Positions 55,748-63,836 of a stretch of DNA of 64,000 bases are shown here, in pieces. The DNA lies in NCBI GenBank assembly GCA_964016885.1, contig OZ024746.1, forward strand, positions 16,492,001 to 16,556,000. Reading direction: 5' to 3'. A program made the translations under genes and the position numbers. The notes under the pieces are model-generated. The model made no database searches, was not told where the DNA came from, and was given only the letters and a program-made list of their open reading frames with translations. Each line of letters starts with the position of its first letter. Position 1 is the stretch's first letter. Origin of the DNA: Eledone cirrhosa (Eukaryota).

Positions 55748-58513
55748 TATATATATATAGGAAAAGTATATAAGGTGCTGTACTACTTATTTGTCACACT
55801 TTCATTTCACTCAATACTACCAACAAAGATCTTGACTTCCTGAATACTGTAATAACTGGAGATGAGACATGGGTGTAAGGGTACAACCCTGAAATCAATG
55901 GTCAGTTATCTCAGTGGAGGCATCCAATATTGCCAAGGACCTCAAAAATAATGTGAGGTCCGGAGTAGAATCAAGATGATGCTGACTGTTTTCTTTGACT
56001 ACCGAAGCATTGTGTATCATAAATACACACCAAAAGGACAAACAGTTACAAAGTCCTCCATCATCTTTGTAATGTAGTTTGGTGCAAGAAACCAGGTCTG
56101 TAGGCATCGTAAAACTGGCAGATGCTTCATGACAATGCCTTGGCTCATTTATCACAACTGATCTAATGTTTCTTGGCAAAGAAAGGAATTTCTCTATTTC
56201 GCATGGCTCTTTATTCTCCAGGCATGGCTATTTCTGGCTTCTTCGAGAGCTAACAGGGTATCAGACAAATTGCAGTGATGAATCTGAGAGCCATTCTAAT
56301 AAAAACATTTCAGATGCGTGTTGAACAATGGAAGGGTTGCGTGTTGAGACACAAGGGGTTAACCAAAGGTGTCTGTGTAGAGGCACAACGGGGCTAACTT
56401 TGATGAAAATTAGCAACTGAACTCCAAGTACAGAATTTGTTTCTCAGCGTTGGGTACTTTTTCAACAGACCTCATATATATATATATATATATATATAGC
56501 CCCACTCATACACCCAACATCTTAATAGTCACCCCACCCTCACCAGCTTAGTATTCCCTTTAGACATTCTTCATTTCCATACGCGTTTCACCCTCTCCCG
56601 TCCAACGCATACAAGTATAGAAAGATGGACACACTAGAAGCATTTAGTCCGCCCTGTAAGGCGGTCATGCTGGTGACACGGAAAAAAAAAAAAAAAAGCA
56701 CCCAGTCCTCTCTGCCTCATGGTCGTTTTGGTGCGACTATAAAAAGCACCCAATCTGCTCTGTAACATGGTTGGCGCTACGAAGTGTGTCCAGCAGTAGA
56801 AACTAAGTCAAAATACAAATCCATATGAGTAAGGCGTGGTCACTTGACATGTCTCATAACGTGACAACCTCTCTAACCATGCAAACGTAAAAAAAAGAAA
56901 ATGGGCGTTAAACGACGATGCTGATACACACAAACAGTTTTCTACAGTTTCTGTCAATATAATTCTACTCACACAAGGCGGCACCAAACACGGAACGACG
57001 ATGCAACCACTTCGAAACACAATGCCTGCACATAATTGGTTACAAACATATATAACCTTGTACTCTTAGAGAAGACACTTCGTTATATCAGCCTAAGAAT
57101 GGTGACGAGAGAGGGAGAGAGAGAGAGAAATTATTGCCTTAAGAAAATATTGTGAAGCCCAGTCAACGATGAATCAGCTATTAGCCGGTGAAAGTTTATA
57201 TAATGACACGTTTAAAATAGCCATTATAGTAATGAAAGACTTCATTCACGTGAGAGTATTCTGAGGCAGGTTATACAAAACATTCGTCTGAAAATTGAGG
57301 ATGAATACTTTTTTGAAAGTGTGGAGGTGGGGGAGATCAGTCGGTTAAGAAGTACACACGGTATAAAAACAAAAACTTTGTTTTCACCCTCACGAGACCT
57401 AACTATGTTAAAGGAAAACTAAAAAAGAATTAAATAGATGTTATTGTCAAGAATGCCACACAAACGAATCTAAATAGCAAGTCTTTCGTAATGTAACAGT
57501 GCTATTTATGGTTTTCTCTCATTCATTTGGTTTCATTTTAAACATTTCCTTTTTCTCACGCTATTATCTTCTTTTTTTTTTTTTTAAAGAAGTTATGTAA
57601 AGGTGGTTAAAAGCCAGTATTTACACCACCAACCACTCCTGCTCTATCTACCTATCTTTCTTTCTCTCTCTGCTTCTCTGTAAATCTCTAGGGTTCCCTT
57701 TACTTTGGACGTTGAGCTAATTATCGCTGATAAATAAGCAACTGGTAGCCACTGGTAACCAATTATCACACCTGAAGGTGTTCGCGTCGGCGCTGACGAA
57801 TGGGGATGGCGATGGATAAAAAAAATGTATACAAATAAATATATATATCTTTTTTTTCTTTTGTAAACCTTACAGAATTTGATAAACTGTTTGGTTATTC
57901 CAGTGGCAATGTTGCCAAAGTGTTGGCTTACCTAAAACAAATTATTAGAAAGAAACTCCAGTACCCTTTATTGAGTGTGTCTATCTTTCACTTACCTTTT
58001 CGTTTTTTCTTCTATATAAATTATTTGTGTTTTGTACGCAATAATTATTTAGTGTCAATGTCATGATGAAATAGACAAGAAAAGTGATAGAAGAATTTAA
58101 AACAAATATAAAGTTATAACATACCGCAAAACTCGACACGTGTTCTGGTTAATCTGTCGGTCTGATAATCCTCTTCGGAAATCCTCAAAAATGTCTTTGA
58201 CGGCTGTTACTCCCAGAACAAATATAACAGGTACCATTGCTATTTCTTTACCGAAAGCCTGTACCTGTGGGATCCAGTTTAGTATCACCACTAATATAAA
58301 ATATATGTTGGCTAAACGGTGAAACTGTTCAAAGAGGTTTTTTGGTAAAAACGTTAAAAATGTATATTTAGTCGTTTTGATTTTGTTGGTTTTATAACCA
58401 TGATTTGGGTGGTCATTGTCAGAGAGACGTTTTTTAACTGTGTGGTTGGGGACAATACTCCGATGGGCACGGCGAGGTGATGAAGTTTTGAGAAGACGTG
58501 AAAATATATCCAT
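1671..58513 (-). CDS. ATP10: Class-5 P4-ATPase phospholipid/glycolipid flippase (ATP10-like); spliced gene span, 15 coding exons, 3' part outside the window
   Basis: Exons join in frame with GT-AG sites to about 795 aa. Motifs: TTKYT..NLFEQF, PADILLL, DGEN (DGET site), [14 protein letters not shown] (phospho-Asp), SPDE, FDS.RKRMS, KGAD, GLRTL, ATGIED, TGDKQETA. The TM4 Gln, long N-domain insert and TGDKQ point to the ATP10 class. Confidence 0.93.
2180..2283 (-). CDS. ATP10: ATP10-like exon 14 (P domain)
   Basis: ttgtag|[35 protein letters not shown]|gtttgc. Confidence 0.94.
2458..2580 (-). mobile_element. SINE fragment with Meta-type central domain
   Basis: Reverse complement of the family at 52717-52906. 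Confidence 0.8.
3438..3564 (-). CDS. ATP10: ATP10-like exon 13
   Basis: ttgcag|[28 protein letters not shown]...EKDFDLL G|gtaagt. Confidence 0.92.
3895..3989 (-). CDS. ATP10: ATP10-like exon 12
   Basis: ctccag|[31 protein letters not shown]|gtaagt. Confidence 0.93.
4285..4463 (+). mobile_element. RTE/SINE 3' tail fragment
   Basis: ggtgttaggaagggcatccagc...ttaaacgatgatgatgatg. Confidence 0.8.
4855..5088. repeat. About 21-bp minisatellite
   Basis: gtagacagtaacaatagacac repeats. Confidence 0.88.
5137..5298 (-). CDS. ATP10: ATP10-like exon 11 (N domain)
   Basis: tgatag|...[18 protein letters not shown]...YSKGADCSI...G|gtgagt. Confidence 0.94.
5565..5838 (-). CDS. ATP10: ATP10-like exon 10
   Basis: ttttag|MDEEG...[19 protein letters not shown]...FLR G|gtaaga. 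Confidence 0.92.
6036..7048 (+). mobile_element. 5'-truncated CR1-clade LINE
   Basis: [27 protein letters not shown]...[14 protein letters not shown]; frameshifts; (TTA)n tail. Confidence 0.9.
7520..7696 (-). CDS. ATP10: ATP10-like exon 9
   Basis: ttacag|VLTESG...[22 protein letters not shown]|gtaact. Confidence 0.92.
8404..8720. repeat. About 62-64-bp tandem repeat, 5 copies
   Basis: ctggtcaacctcagctatcagcacacatgtcaagctgtaccttttcccagcagacac. Confidence 0.92.
10395..10750 (+). mobile_element. Old RTE-type 3' UTR with a tandemly amplified ~43-bp module
   Basis: aaaatgcacccagtacactgtaaagtggt module about 6 times, then aggaagagcatctgg and aacccatgccagca. Confidence 0.65.
10850..10917 (-). CDS. 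ATP10: ATP10-like exon 8
   Basis: ttccag|[22 protein letters not shown]|gtaagt; bridges the phase-1 donor of exon 7 to the phase-0 acceptor of exon 9. Confidence 0.8.
11027..11335 (+). mobile_element. tRNA-derived CORE-type SINE (second family)
   Basis: A box tggcttagggg, B box ggttcaattcc, ttgagcaagacacttt; homologous to 17578-17810. Confidence 0.8.
11400..11649 (-). CDS. ATP10: ATP10-like exon 7 (TM4, phosphorylation site)
   Basis: ttctag|[15 protein letters not shown]...[29 protein letters not shown]...A|gtaagt. Confidence 0.95.
11786..14905 (+). CDS. Intact RTE-clade LINE ORF: APE endonuclease + reverse transcriptase + PHD finger
   Basis: 1039 aa without stops. EN motifs GTINV, VQETRW, SAYAP, GDFNGH, LDFI, SQH; RT motifs [26 protein letters not shown]; RTE C-terminus [15 protein letters not shown]. 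Confidence 0.95.
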   Translation: MNLRATKHPREAPTQRPSPTSVDKCPKLRVGTINVGSMKGRAGEIVEMLERKEVDVCCVQETRWRGGSARVLVGKSQCYKFFWVGNDDGMGGVGILLADKWVDKVISVYRVNARIIKLRLVLNKTITTIISAYAPQSGLPDELKDRFYESLIHTTALTDDKDFLIIAGDFNGHVGKHCDGFNRVHGGHGVGTRNEEGFRLLEFCDANDMSICNTNFKKPDNHLITYRSGEHSSQLDFILIRGRDRWTVVNTKAFPSEECTSQHSLVVSDLTVRTRRALKQRPTWRRKIWKLKVPSTSNRFKDILLNAYDSKEEQIETFNVEENWEFLKNNLLEATDEVCGWSKTSSRRRVTWWWNNKVDEAVKAKRQAWKEWKNGGSRVHYIETKREARRQVYLARREAEDRKFKHVLQREDQKQEVFKIARQCVRDSCDVIGEKCIRNDKGELALTSAEKKDAWKSHYDRLLNEENAWEEETLPHVDPIEGPAVQVSGSVVSKAIRDMKIGKATGPSGIAAEMLKASGSVGHTITTRIVNQVILEGAIPKDWCSSIIVNCYKGKGDALDRGNYRGIKLMDQVMKVTERVIAQLIRDRVNIDEMQFGFVPGKGTTDALFLVRQLQEKYLAKSKPLYLAFVDLEKAFDRVPRAVIWWALRKLGVDEWLVKAVQAMYRGAVSKVRIGNEYSEEFSVQVGVHQGSVLSPLLFIIVLQAITEEFKTGCPWELLYADDLALIAESMVELENKFQTWKQGLERKGLKVNMTKTKVLISRRENRTQIPSGKWPCSVCRKGVGRNSILCPKCKQWVHKRCSGISGSLIKNVGFTCSSCAETASKQPQETSTTNLWEGPVETVDSFCYLGDRISNGGGCSESTITRVRTGWKKFRELLPLLAAKGFSLRMKGRLYDACIRTAMLHGSETWALKVEDLRRLERNEACMLRWMCNSNIRERQSINELRERLSIRGIKCCVQERRLRWYGHVMRMKDDSCIKRCRALEVDGNRGVGRPKMTWDEVIRADLTQLHLSKSMTHDRDFWRHAVIQGTRPPMGTC
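11786..15207 (+). mobile_element. Near full-length RTE LINE in intron 6, antisense to the host gene
   Basis: Single ORF, about 300-bp 3' UTR, (GAT)n tail at 15188-15207; 5' boundary and TSD not resolved. Confidence 0.92.
15590..15810 (-). mobile_element. RTE 3' UTR fragment
   Basis: Reverse complement resembles 14865-15075. Confidence 0.8.
15840..15955. repeat. Fold-back element in (TA)n
   Basis: aagggaacaaagaatca...tgattctttgttccctt plus inner inverted arms. Confidence 0.8.
16788..16989. repeat. 29-bp tandem repeat, 7 copies
   Basis: tacccctatcccacatatataacaatcga. Confidence 0.95.
17578..17810 (+). mobile_element. tRNA-derived CORE-type SINE (second family)
   Basis: cttagtggttag, ccttgagcaagacacttt, gtcatgctgaatctccctgagaactacattaagggt. 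Confidence 0.8.
18755..18885 (-). CDS. ATP10: ATP10-like exon 6 (exoplasmic loop, start of TM4)
   Basis: ttccag|[19 protein letters not shown]...[14 protein letters not shown]|gtaatt. Confidence 0.88.
19447..20546. repeat. About 1.1-kb compound (GTG/ATG/GTT)n trinucleotide repeat
   Basis: Direct reading; produces the poly-V and poly-H ORFs. Confidence 0.97.
21207..21338 (-). CDS. ATP10: ATP10-like exon 5 (TM3)
   Basis: ttgtag|[45 protein letters not shown]|gtaagt. Confidence 0.93.
21625..21888. mobile_element. MITE-like element with ~65-bp imperfect inverted arms
   Basis: gatgttaaaaagtc...tacatatttcaatgacgat / atcgtcattgaaatatgta...gactttttaacatc. Confidence 0.75.
21902..22056. repeat. (CT)n(TA)n microsatellite
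   Basis: Direct reading. Confidence 0.97.
22059..22231. mobile_element. Palindromic MITE-like element with ~60-bp arms
   Basis: aacaaaagcactacctaaggttt...aaaccttaggtagcacttttgtt. Confidence 0.75.
22655..22866 (+). mobile_element. Penelope-like terminal-repeat remnant carrying a hammerhead-like motif
   Basis: Near-identical inverted copy at 61850-62057; GTCA-CTGAAGA-hairpin-GAAA-GAACTT-TGAC at 22672-22714. Confidence 0.65.
23576..23682 (-). CDS. ATP10: ATP10-like exon 4
   Basis: ttgcag|...[28 protein letters not shown]|gttagt. Confidence 0.92.
24576..25367. repeat. 66-bp minisatellite, 12 copies
   Basis: tttctgccacatcatttcc recurs at 24576, 24642 and onward. Confidence 0.97.
25417..25499 (-). 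CDS. ATP10: ATP10-like exon 3
   Basis: ttccag|[29 protein letters not shown]|gtaggt; phases 0 and 2 fit neighbours. Confidence 0.88.
26434..26845. repeat. About 71-bp minisatellite, 6 copies, derived from the RTE/SINE tail
   Basis: aggtttctacagtgggatgcc at 26434, 26505, 26576 and onward. Confidence 0.92.
26900..27104 (-). CDS. ATP10: ATP10-like exon 2 (A domain)
   Basis: tttcag|G AAC...[51 protein letters not shown]...CAA|gttagt. Confidence 0.93.
27170..27460 (-). mobile_element. Decayed RTE RT fragment
   Basis: Reverse complement encodes remnants of VDSFC, WKKFR and MLHG.ETW seen in the intact ORF. Confidence 0.75.
28632..29240 (-). mobile_element. Probable RTE-type LINE 5' UTR fragment within CA/TA low-complexity DNA
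   Basis: Minus strand gatggcgactaaactggcaacc and ctaggagaaggaaaactctga resemble RTE 5' UTR motifs (recalled similarity); GC-richer than its flanks. Confidence 0.55.
29241..30130. repeat. Compound minisatellite cattacatgtatacaaa(ca)n and CA/TA low-complexity DNA
   Basis: Direct reading. Confidence 0.95.
30250..31010 (+). mobile_element. Old decayed RTE fragment related to the intact element
   Basis: Remnants [24 protein letters not shown] and DWCSSIIV match the 11786 ORF. Confidence 0.8.
31795..39435. repeat. 7.6-kb satellite of 44/46/50/52-bp monomers with higher-order structure
   Basis: acatttatcccacaacactgatcc[tgaccc]aaggtatactggctggggac[ac]; ORF-track periods of 142, 184, 358 and 850 bp. 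Confidence 0.97.
39905..40237 (-). mobile_element. tRNA-CORE SINE with RTE-derived 3' tail
   Basis: Reverse complement of the 48220-48622 family. Confidence 0.9.
40290..40467 (+). mobile_element. 3' end of another RTE family
   Basis: [15 protein letters not shown]...RDRWR...CGRI*, tail ctaagactaaga. Confidence 0.75.
40728..41188 (-). mobile_element. 5'-truncated young copy of the intact RTE
   Basis: Highly similar to the reverse complement of 14725-15207; (CAT)n tail at 40728. Confidence 0.93.
41730..42434 (-). mobile_element. 5'-truncated sister-subfamily RTE
   Basis: [17 protein letters not shown]...[14 protein letters not shown]...GRPRKTW; divergent 3' UTR; (CAT)n tail. Confidence 0.92.
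42792..43179 (+). mobile_element. tRNA-CORE SINE with RTE-derived 3' tail
   Basis: A box tggcttagtgg, B box gagttcaattc, ttgagcaagacacttt; tail matches 14940-15092. Confidence 0.92.
43334..43601. mobile_element. Tigger/pogo-type MITE
   Basis: TIRs cagtggaacctcagttc / gaactgaggttccactg; TA on both flanks. Confidence 0.9.
43965..45480 (+). mobile_element. Decayed CR1-like LINE RT fragment
   Basis: Remnants [24 protein letters not shown]-like, [15 protein letters not shown]; many frameshifts. Confidence 0.8.
44738..44893. mobile_element. hAT (Charlie-like) MITE nested in the CR1 fragment
   Basis: TIRs tagtggtcaccaacc / ggttagtgaccgctg; perfect 8-bp TSD ctctggag at 44730-44737 and 44894-44901. 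Confidence 0.92.
45622..45965 (+). mobile_element. Headless tRNA-CORE-RTE SINE interrupted by low-complexity DNA
   Basis: Matches the body of the 48220 copy; break at about 45760-45850. Confidence 0.85.
46030..46550 (-). mobile_element. Tx1/L1-clade LINE RT C-terminal fragment
   Basis: [38 protein letters not shown] across a frameshift. Confidence 0.8.
46935..47184 (-). mobile_element. Helitron-like non-autonomous 5' end
   Basis: Minus strand starts tctatacatatatatataaaactgttgttgtctgtgtgtgtcc; similar start at about 45975 (+). Confidence 0.5.
48220..48622 (+). mobile_element. tRNA-CORE SINE with RTE tail and internal inverted duplication
   Basis: A and B boxes, CORE-like segment, (GAT)n tail. 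Confidence 0.92.
48853..49512 (-). mobile_element. Cluster of four tandem Meta-type SINE copies or fragments
   Basis: ggcacaagg(c)cagcaatt...tactggtactttattttatcgaccccgtaaggatgaaagg repeated four times. Confidence 0.88.
50300..50562 (+). mobile_element. Non-LTR retrotransposon 3' end with zinc-knuckle remnant (Ingi/Vingi-like)
   Basis: [13 protein letters not shown]...QTVLHVV; (AAG)n tail. Confidence 0.6.
50940..51125. mobile_element. piggyBac-type MITE
   Basis: TTAA|ccctttagca...tgctaaaggg|TTAA. Confidence 0.88.
51389..52500 (+). mobile_element. Internally deleted Helitron with RepHel remnant
   Basis: 5' tctatactataaa; ORF 51859-52434 [12 protein letters not shown]...LAEDIL fused to PIF1 motif [10 protein letters not shown]...TKNIVY; 3' end unresolved. 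Confidence 0.85.
52717..52907 (+). mobile_element. Meta-type tRNA SINE
   Basis: B box gagttcaaattcc; gaggttaactttgcctttcat...ggggtcgata...aagtaccag; tail ggccttgtgccaaaagtagaaacaatt. Confidence 0.85.
53848..55065 (-). mobile_element. Decayed RTE/BovB-like LINE with C-terminal C2H2 zinc fingers
   Basis: [50 protein letters not shown], then AGLKSH-type fingers. Confidence 0.9.
55348..55436. repeat. 89-bp near-perfect hairpin
   Basis: taaacaaggttcagaattaact...agttaattctgaaccttgttta. Confidence 0.88.
55800..56475 (+). mobile_element. Tc1/mariner transposase pseudogene, 3' part
   Basis: [13 protein letters not shown] and [10 protein letters not shown] (YSPDLAPxD site) remnants; end aacagacctca-TA. 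Confidence 0.8.
58125..58513 (-). CDS. ATP10: ATP10-like coding exon 1 (N-terminus, TM1-TM2)
   Basis: MDIFSRLL...[27 protein letters not shown]...[11 protein letters not shown]; donor CG|gtatgt. Start is uncertain: ATG at 58513 or 58522, with a possible acceptor (ctcattcatag) just upstream of 58547. Confidence 0.9.
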
Positions 58514-58586
58514 TAAACACATATTGGTAAAATATATCGACCGTTCACTATGAATGAGATATAAATGCAATTGGTTTTAGATACAT

Positions 58587-58622
<36 letters not shown>

Positions 58623-61535
58623 GCACAGCGTGCGTTTCTAGTAAGATAATTTATTAAATGGGTTTGATAAATAGTTAACGCAATTATAAATGTTAAATAT
58701 ATTTTCACAACCAGCCTGATAGTATCTAGATATGTTAATTCGTGAGTAAAGAAGGAATACGCCGGCGACGTACAAACTTTTAAAGTTTAAACTTTAATTT
58801 CAAAACACGATAAAATTTTGAGATTATCGATAACTAATAGATGAAAGGATATGTAAACAAACTGTCGGCTGTAATTTTTTTTTTGTTTTTAAGTTGATAT
58901 TTTGGTATATATAGATAAATATAATCGATGAAGGGTTAAGCAAATTAACGCGGAAATGAATATGGAACAAGGTAAAATGACAATACCCGTAGTGTTTGAT
59001 TGGATACAAAAAAGCATGTATAGAATTTGATATCTAAAGAGAAAAATTGTTTTAACAATGATTAAATTTCTATGTATGCATATTTGCTACATCTGCTCTT
59101 ATTGATGATAGGCTTCAATGAGCTGAAATCTGAATTTACCTGTCAACCAAGTATTATTTATAGTAATTGCTGGCCTTGTGCCTAAACTGGAAACAATTAT
59201 TTATAGTGACAAACTTAGGTGTGATAAAATTATATCTATCCGGCTATAATTTTTTGATTGCAAAAATAATTTAAATGGAATAAATACACACTTTTTTTCT
59301 TTTCTAAACACGTATCGTGATAAAGAATAATTTTAATAAAATATTACCGATGAAGTAGAATATTGTGAGGAAATAAAGAAAGACAGGTTCTCGTGTTTGG
59401 GTAGACTTTCCACACTTTTATTTTTTGTGTTTGTTATATATATATTATTATTATTATTATTAAAATAAAGTACCAGTAATGTACTAGGTAATTGCTGGCC
59501 TTGTGCCAAAAGTAGAAACAATTATTATTATTATTATTTAAGATTTAGGTAATTTCCAGCTTCACCAATTTGTTATTCCTGATACTCCAAACGTTTGAAA
59601 ATCCATCAAAATTAACGACATCCCAACACAGTTCTTCATTTCGACAGTAATACGGGACCAACAGATAGTATAAACTGTCCACTGTAGTCATTTCAAATCC
59701 GTTTTTGCGGTCAGTTCACGTACATAATAATAGCTGCCACATTGATGTTCAAAATCGTCATTTCTAACTGCATGCTTTAGTATATTTTTTACCATTTTAT
59801 ACACCACACAGTTGAGGTGTGTGTATATATATATAGAGAGAGAGAGAGAAAGAGATATTCTACTTCCTGGCTTCCTTCTTCCAGTTTAGATTCTTCCTTT
59901 CTTGTCGGCTTCATATACTTTTTAACGAACTTGTCTTGTCGTTGTTTGAAAAGTAGCTTCACTTTTTTTCATTTTTCTTCACTTTTTTTCATTTTTATTA
60001 TTTTAGAATAATAAAAGAAAAAAAATATCATGCCCCAGGATGGCCGTAGTCCATTGATAGAGAGGGGAAGGAGTTGACGAAGAAAAGTTTCCGGTCTTCT
60101 TTTTTTTAATTAAATTGTAAACTTTGCTGTTTTATTATCTCCAACAAGCGACTGCTGGGACATGTGGCTATAGAATTTTATATCTGGCTGGCTCTTCTAT
60201 TGTTTTTTTGCCTGGAGTTGCAGAAATCACAACAGCGGCGTCGTCAGTAGCTACGATCGATCTCCACACACAGTAGAAGGAAATGCCACTGATCTGTGAT
60301 AATGTTGTTGTTGCTGTTATATGTCATGTCGTGACGAGTCTTGGCTAATGGGTGTTTATGGTAATAGGGAAGTGAGAGTAGTGAAGTTATGATATAGTAG
60401 AGGGGTGGGGTATATGATGAGTGATTTAATAGAAAGAGAAAGAGACGGTGAGAAAGGCAGATAGAAGAAAGAAAGATTGATAGAAGAGAAAAAAAAGAGA
60501 AAGATAGATAGAAGAGAAGAAAAAGACAGCAAGAACCCCAAAAAAAGGAAAAGATATGATGAAGTAATTTCATTGGTTAATTATGTTTAAAGTTTATCCA
60601 ATCAACAAAGTGTATTTATTAATAGAATGAAAGAACGAGAAAATGTGTAGAAGAGAAAGTTGTAGGCAAGAAGTTTTTGTTTTCTAATTCCATTCATATT
60701 GCAGATGTATTTATTACTGGTACCGATCACGATATAACTGGTATTTTATTATATCGATCGCAAAACCTGAGTAATTACAATTAAACATAGAAAGCATTTT
60801 TGTTTGTTTCACTGCCATGATAAATGTAAATAAAAGACTTGATATTCAGCTTTTATCTATATGAGAAGGAGCAGAATCGATTAAATCGACCTCAGTATTT
60901 TACTGGTACTATATTTTATCGACTCTGTAAGAATGAAAAACAAAACTATAACCTCGACGGATTTGGACTCTGAACGTAAAGGGCCGTGACTATATACCTC
61001 AAATTCATTGTTATTTAATAATATAATCTACTAATAATAATATATTTGCAATGAAAATTTAATAATATAAATATATAATAATATAATATTTGTAATGAAA
61101 ATTGCAAACTTGACTGTCACCACACATTATGAACCTGAAGATTGCAAAAGCATGAAAGTACTTGTTCAATTAACACTTAACATTTAATATTCTACCATAC
61201 TGTTTTATTATAATACCATTATAAATTTAACGTCTTTCGAGGTTATATGACATCAGCTGGTGATATGCATGTAAGTAAATATTCTCCTTATCTGATATTT
61301 TGTAACTAACCTTACATAGATCGATAACGAAGTATAGTTACGATGTATTATCATCACCTAGAAACGATCGTAAAGCAGTGAAGTATATTTCTAATGACTT
61401 GATTTTTTATTTCATTGTTTTCCTTTTAATGTTCTATTGTTTTCCGGAATTTATTTTAACCTACAACATTTTCAACATATGGATTACATTGAGTTCTTCA
61501 TGCAGACTAGACCCCCACAACTTACCGTGGATATC

Positions 61536-61588
<53 letters not shown>

Positions 61589-61589
<1 letters not shown>

Positions 61590-61759
61590 TTGTTATACAT
61601 TGGAAGGGTTATGCTACCAATAAAATCACACGCACAGAACAAAGGAGAGACAAAATAATAAATTAGTTACTGAGGAAGTCACACATTGTGTGAGTTCCTC
61701 AGTAACTAATTTATTCTATGCGTGTGATTTTATTGGTAGCATAACCCTCCCAAAGTATA

Positions 61760-61854
<95 letters not shown>

Positions 61855-62306
61855 ATACTTTGGGAGGGTCATGTTGCCAATAAGAAACACACGCACCAGT
61901 TGTTTCACTCAAATTTATTATAAATTTAAAAATTTATAAATTTCCGGTTGGTTGGTTGGTTGGTTGGTTCCACAACCGGACGGTTGTTCATATATTGTCA
62001 AAGTTCTTTCGTCACACATTCTGTGACCTCTTCAGTGACTAGGGATTCTTTTCTTTGTTTTGTGCCTCTCCTTTGTTCTGTCATACGCCATCTTGTTTTT
62101 TCTTGAAAAAACAAGATGGCGTAGTGACTGGGGATTCTTTTCTTTGTTTTGTGCCTCTCCTTCGTTCTGTTCCCTACGCCATCTTGTTTTTTAAAGAAAA
62201 AACAAGATGGCGTAGGACAGAACAAACCAACCAACCGGAAATTTATAAATTTTTAAATTTATAATTTAATTTATAATAAATTGGAGTGAAAGCAACTGGT
62301 GCGTGT
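61589..62306. mobile_element. Fold-back cluster of the Penelope-like terminal-repeat family
   Basis: Palindrome 61589-61764; copy 61850-62057; inverted arm 62225-62306; shared end ccctcccaaagtataacaat. Confidence 0.7.
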
Positions 62307-62986
62307 CAGTGTTGAACAAATGAGCAACGATGGTTGCTAGACACTGTACGGCTTAATTCGGGATGTTTGTTTACAAACACACCGAACATTATAATAATTG
62401 TTCGGTGAATCCATACATGTATATATGTGTGCATGTATGTATATATATATACATACTACTGTCCGTCTGTATACATATATGTATGTACGTATACATACTT
62501 ATATTTAAGTAACAGCCGTACTAAGAGTGAGAAATGAAATTTCGTTTCATTTTTTCCGTTTATCGTTTTCGGTACCCCGGCCGATTAACTCACTCGATAT
62601 GCAAATTAGGCTGCTCAGCCGTTAATATGCATAAGGAAAGCATATACTTTCAGACGTTCAACCATCTGGCAGGAGGGTATACGTTGCTGACGATAGCTAA
62701 TAAGCTTGAAACTAGTACAGCGTTCCTTTGTCAGTGTTGAACAAATGAGCAACGATGGTTGCTAGACGCTGTACGGCTTAATTCGGGATGTTTGTTTACA
62801 AACACACTGAGCATTATAATAAATGTTCGGTGAATCCATACGTACATATATATATGTGTGCATGTATGTATATATACATACTACTGTACGTCTGTATACA
62901 TATATGTATGTACGTATACATACTTATATTTAAGTAACAGCCGTACTAAGAGTGAGAAATGAAATTTCGTTTCATTTTTTCCGTTT
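62304..62986. repeat. About 255-bp direct repeat, two copies, period 426 bp
   Basis: tgtcagtgttgaacaaatgagc at 62304 and 62730. Confidence 0.92.
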
Positions 62987-63406
62987 TCTATATATATATA
63001 TACATAATCCTTATCGAGCCCTCTTCGGATTTTAGTCTTCACTTTTATTATTACTATATATATATAAAAATAGAGAGAGAGAGAGAACCACGAATCAATG
63101 TTATTTACCAGAAAATTTAACCCCCTTTTCTTATCAGTGACAGCTGAATTACCATATCATCACCACCATCATTTAACGTCCGTTTTTCCTGCAAGCAAAT
63201 GTTGGATGGACCGTCAGTGACAAAGTCAGTACCAACCTCTCAGGCAGGCCTGAGACTCTTCCCACTCACCATGCAAAGTCCGATGGATGGTCTTTTCTTG
63301 ACAAAAAATACTTGAGTGGTTGTCGTCACGACTGAAGAGTTCTCTCAACCCTATAAATATTGTCACAACTTTTTCATAGTTTTACGATATACATAAAACA
63401 AAACCA

Positions 63407-63437
<31 letters not shown>

Positions 63438-63836
63438 AATTCAAAATATTAACAAAATAGTTATTCTTGTGATCAAGTATATTTTATTATACATATTTCA
63501 GAGGTACTGAGTTAAGTTCAACAGTACGTCCTCATTAGATAAAACAAGATGATGCATGACATACCCTGACATAGTAGATGGTTAACATTCAGTCATGCTT
63601 CCAATGTATTGTAAAACTCATTCTTTGATGTATTCATTGATCCTTGTTTAACTTTTAAATATATATATATATATTTGTCTTTTACAATACAAACACTTAG
63701 GTGTTTATCATATATTAATTTATATTAACTTGTATTGCACGGCTCAGAAATGCTTCTTTCTTTGAGCTAATTAATTGTAAATGACTCTTTGAATGTATAC
63801 TCTAAATATAATATATATATAGTTTTAATATAGATG

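Noticed and set aside
59860-60000. Purine-rich minus-strand stretch as an upstream coding exon
   Set aside because: Frames from the upstream ATGs stop within about 16 codons, and I found no convincing splice pair in phase with exon 1.
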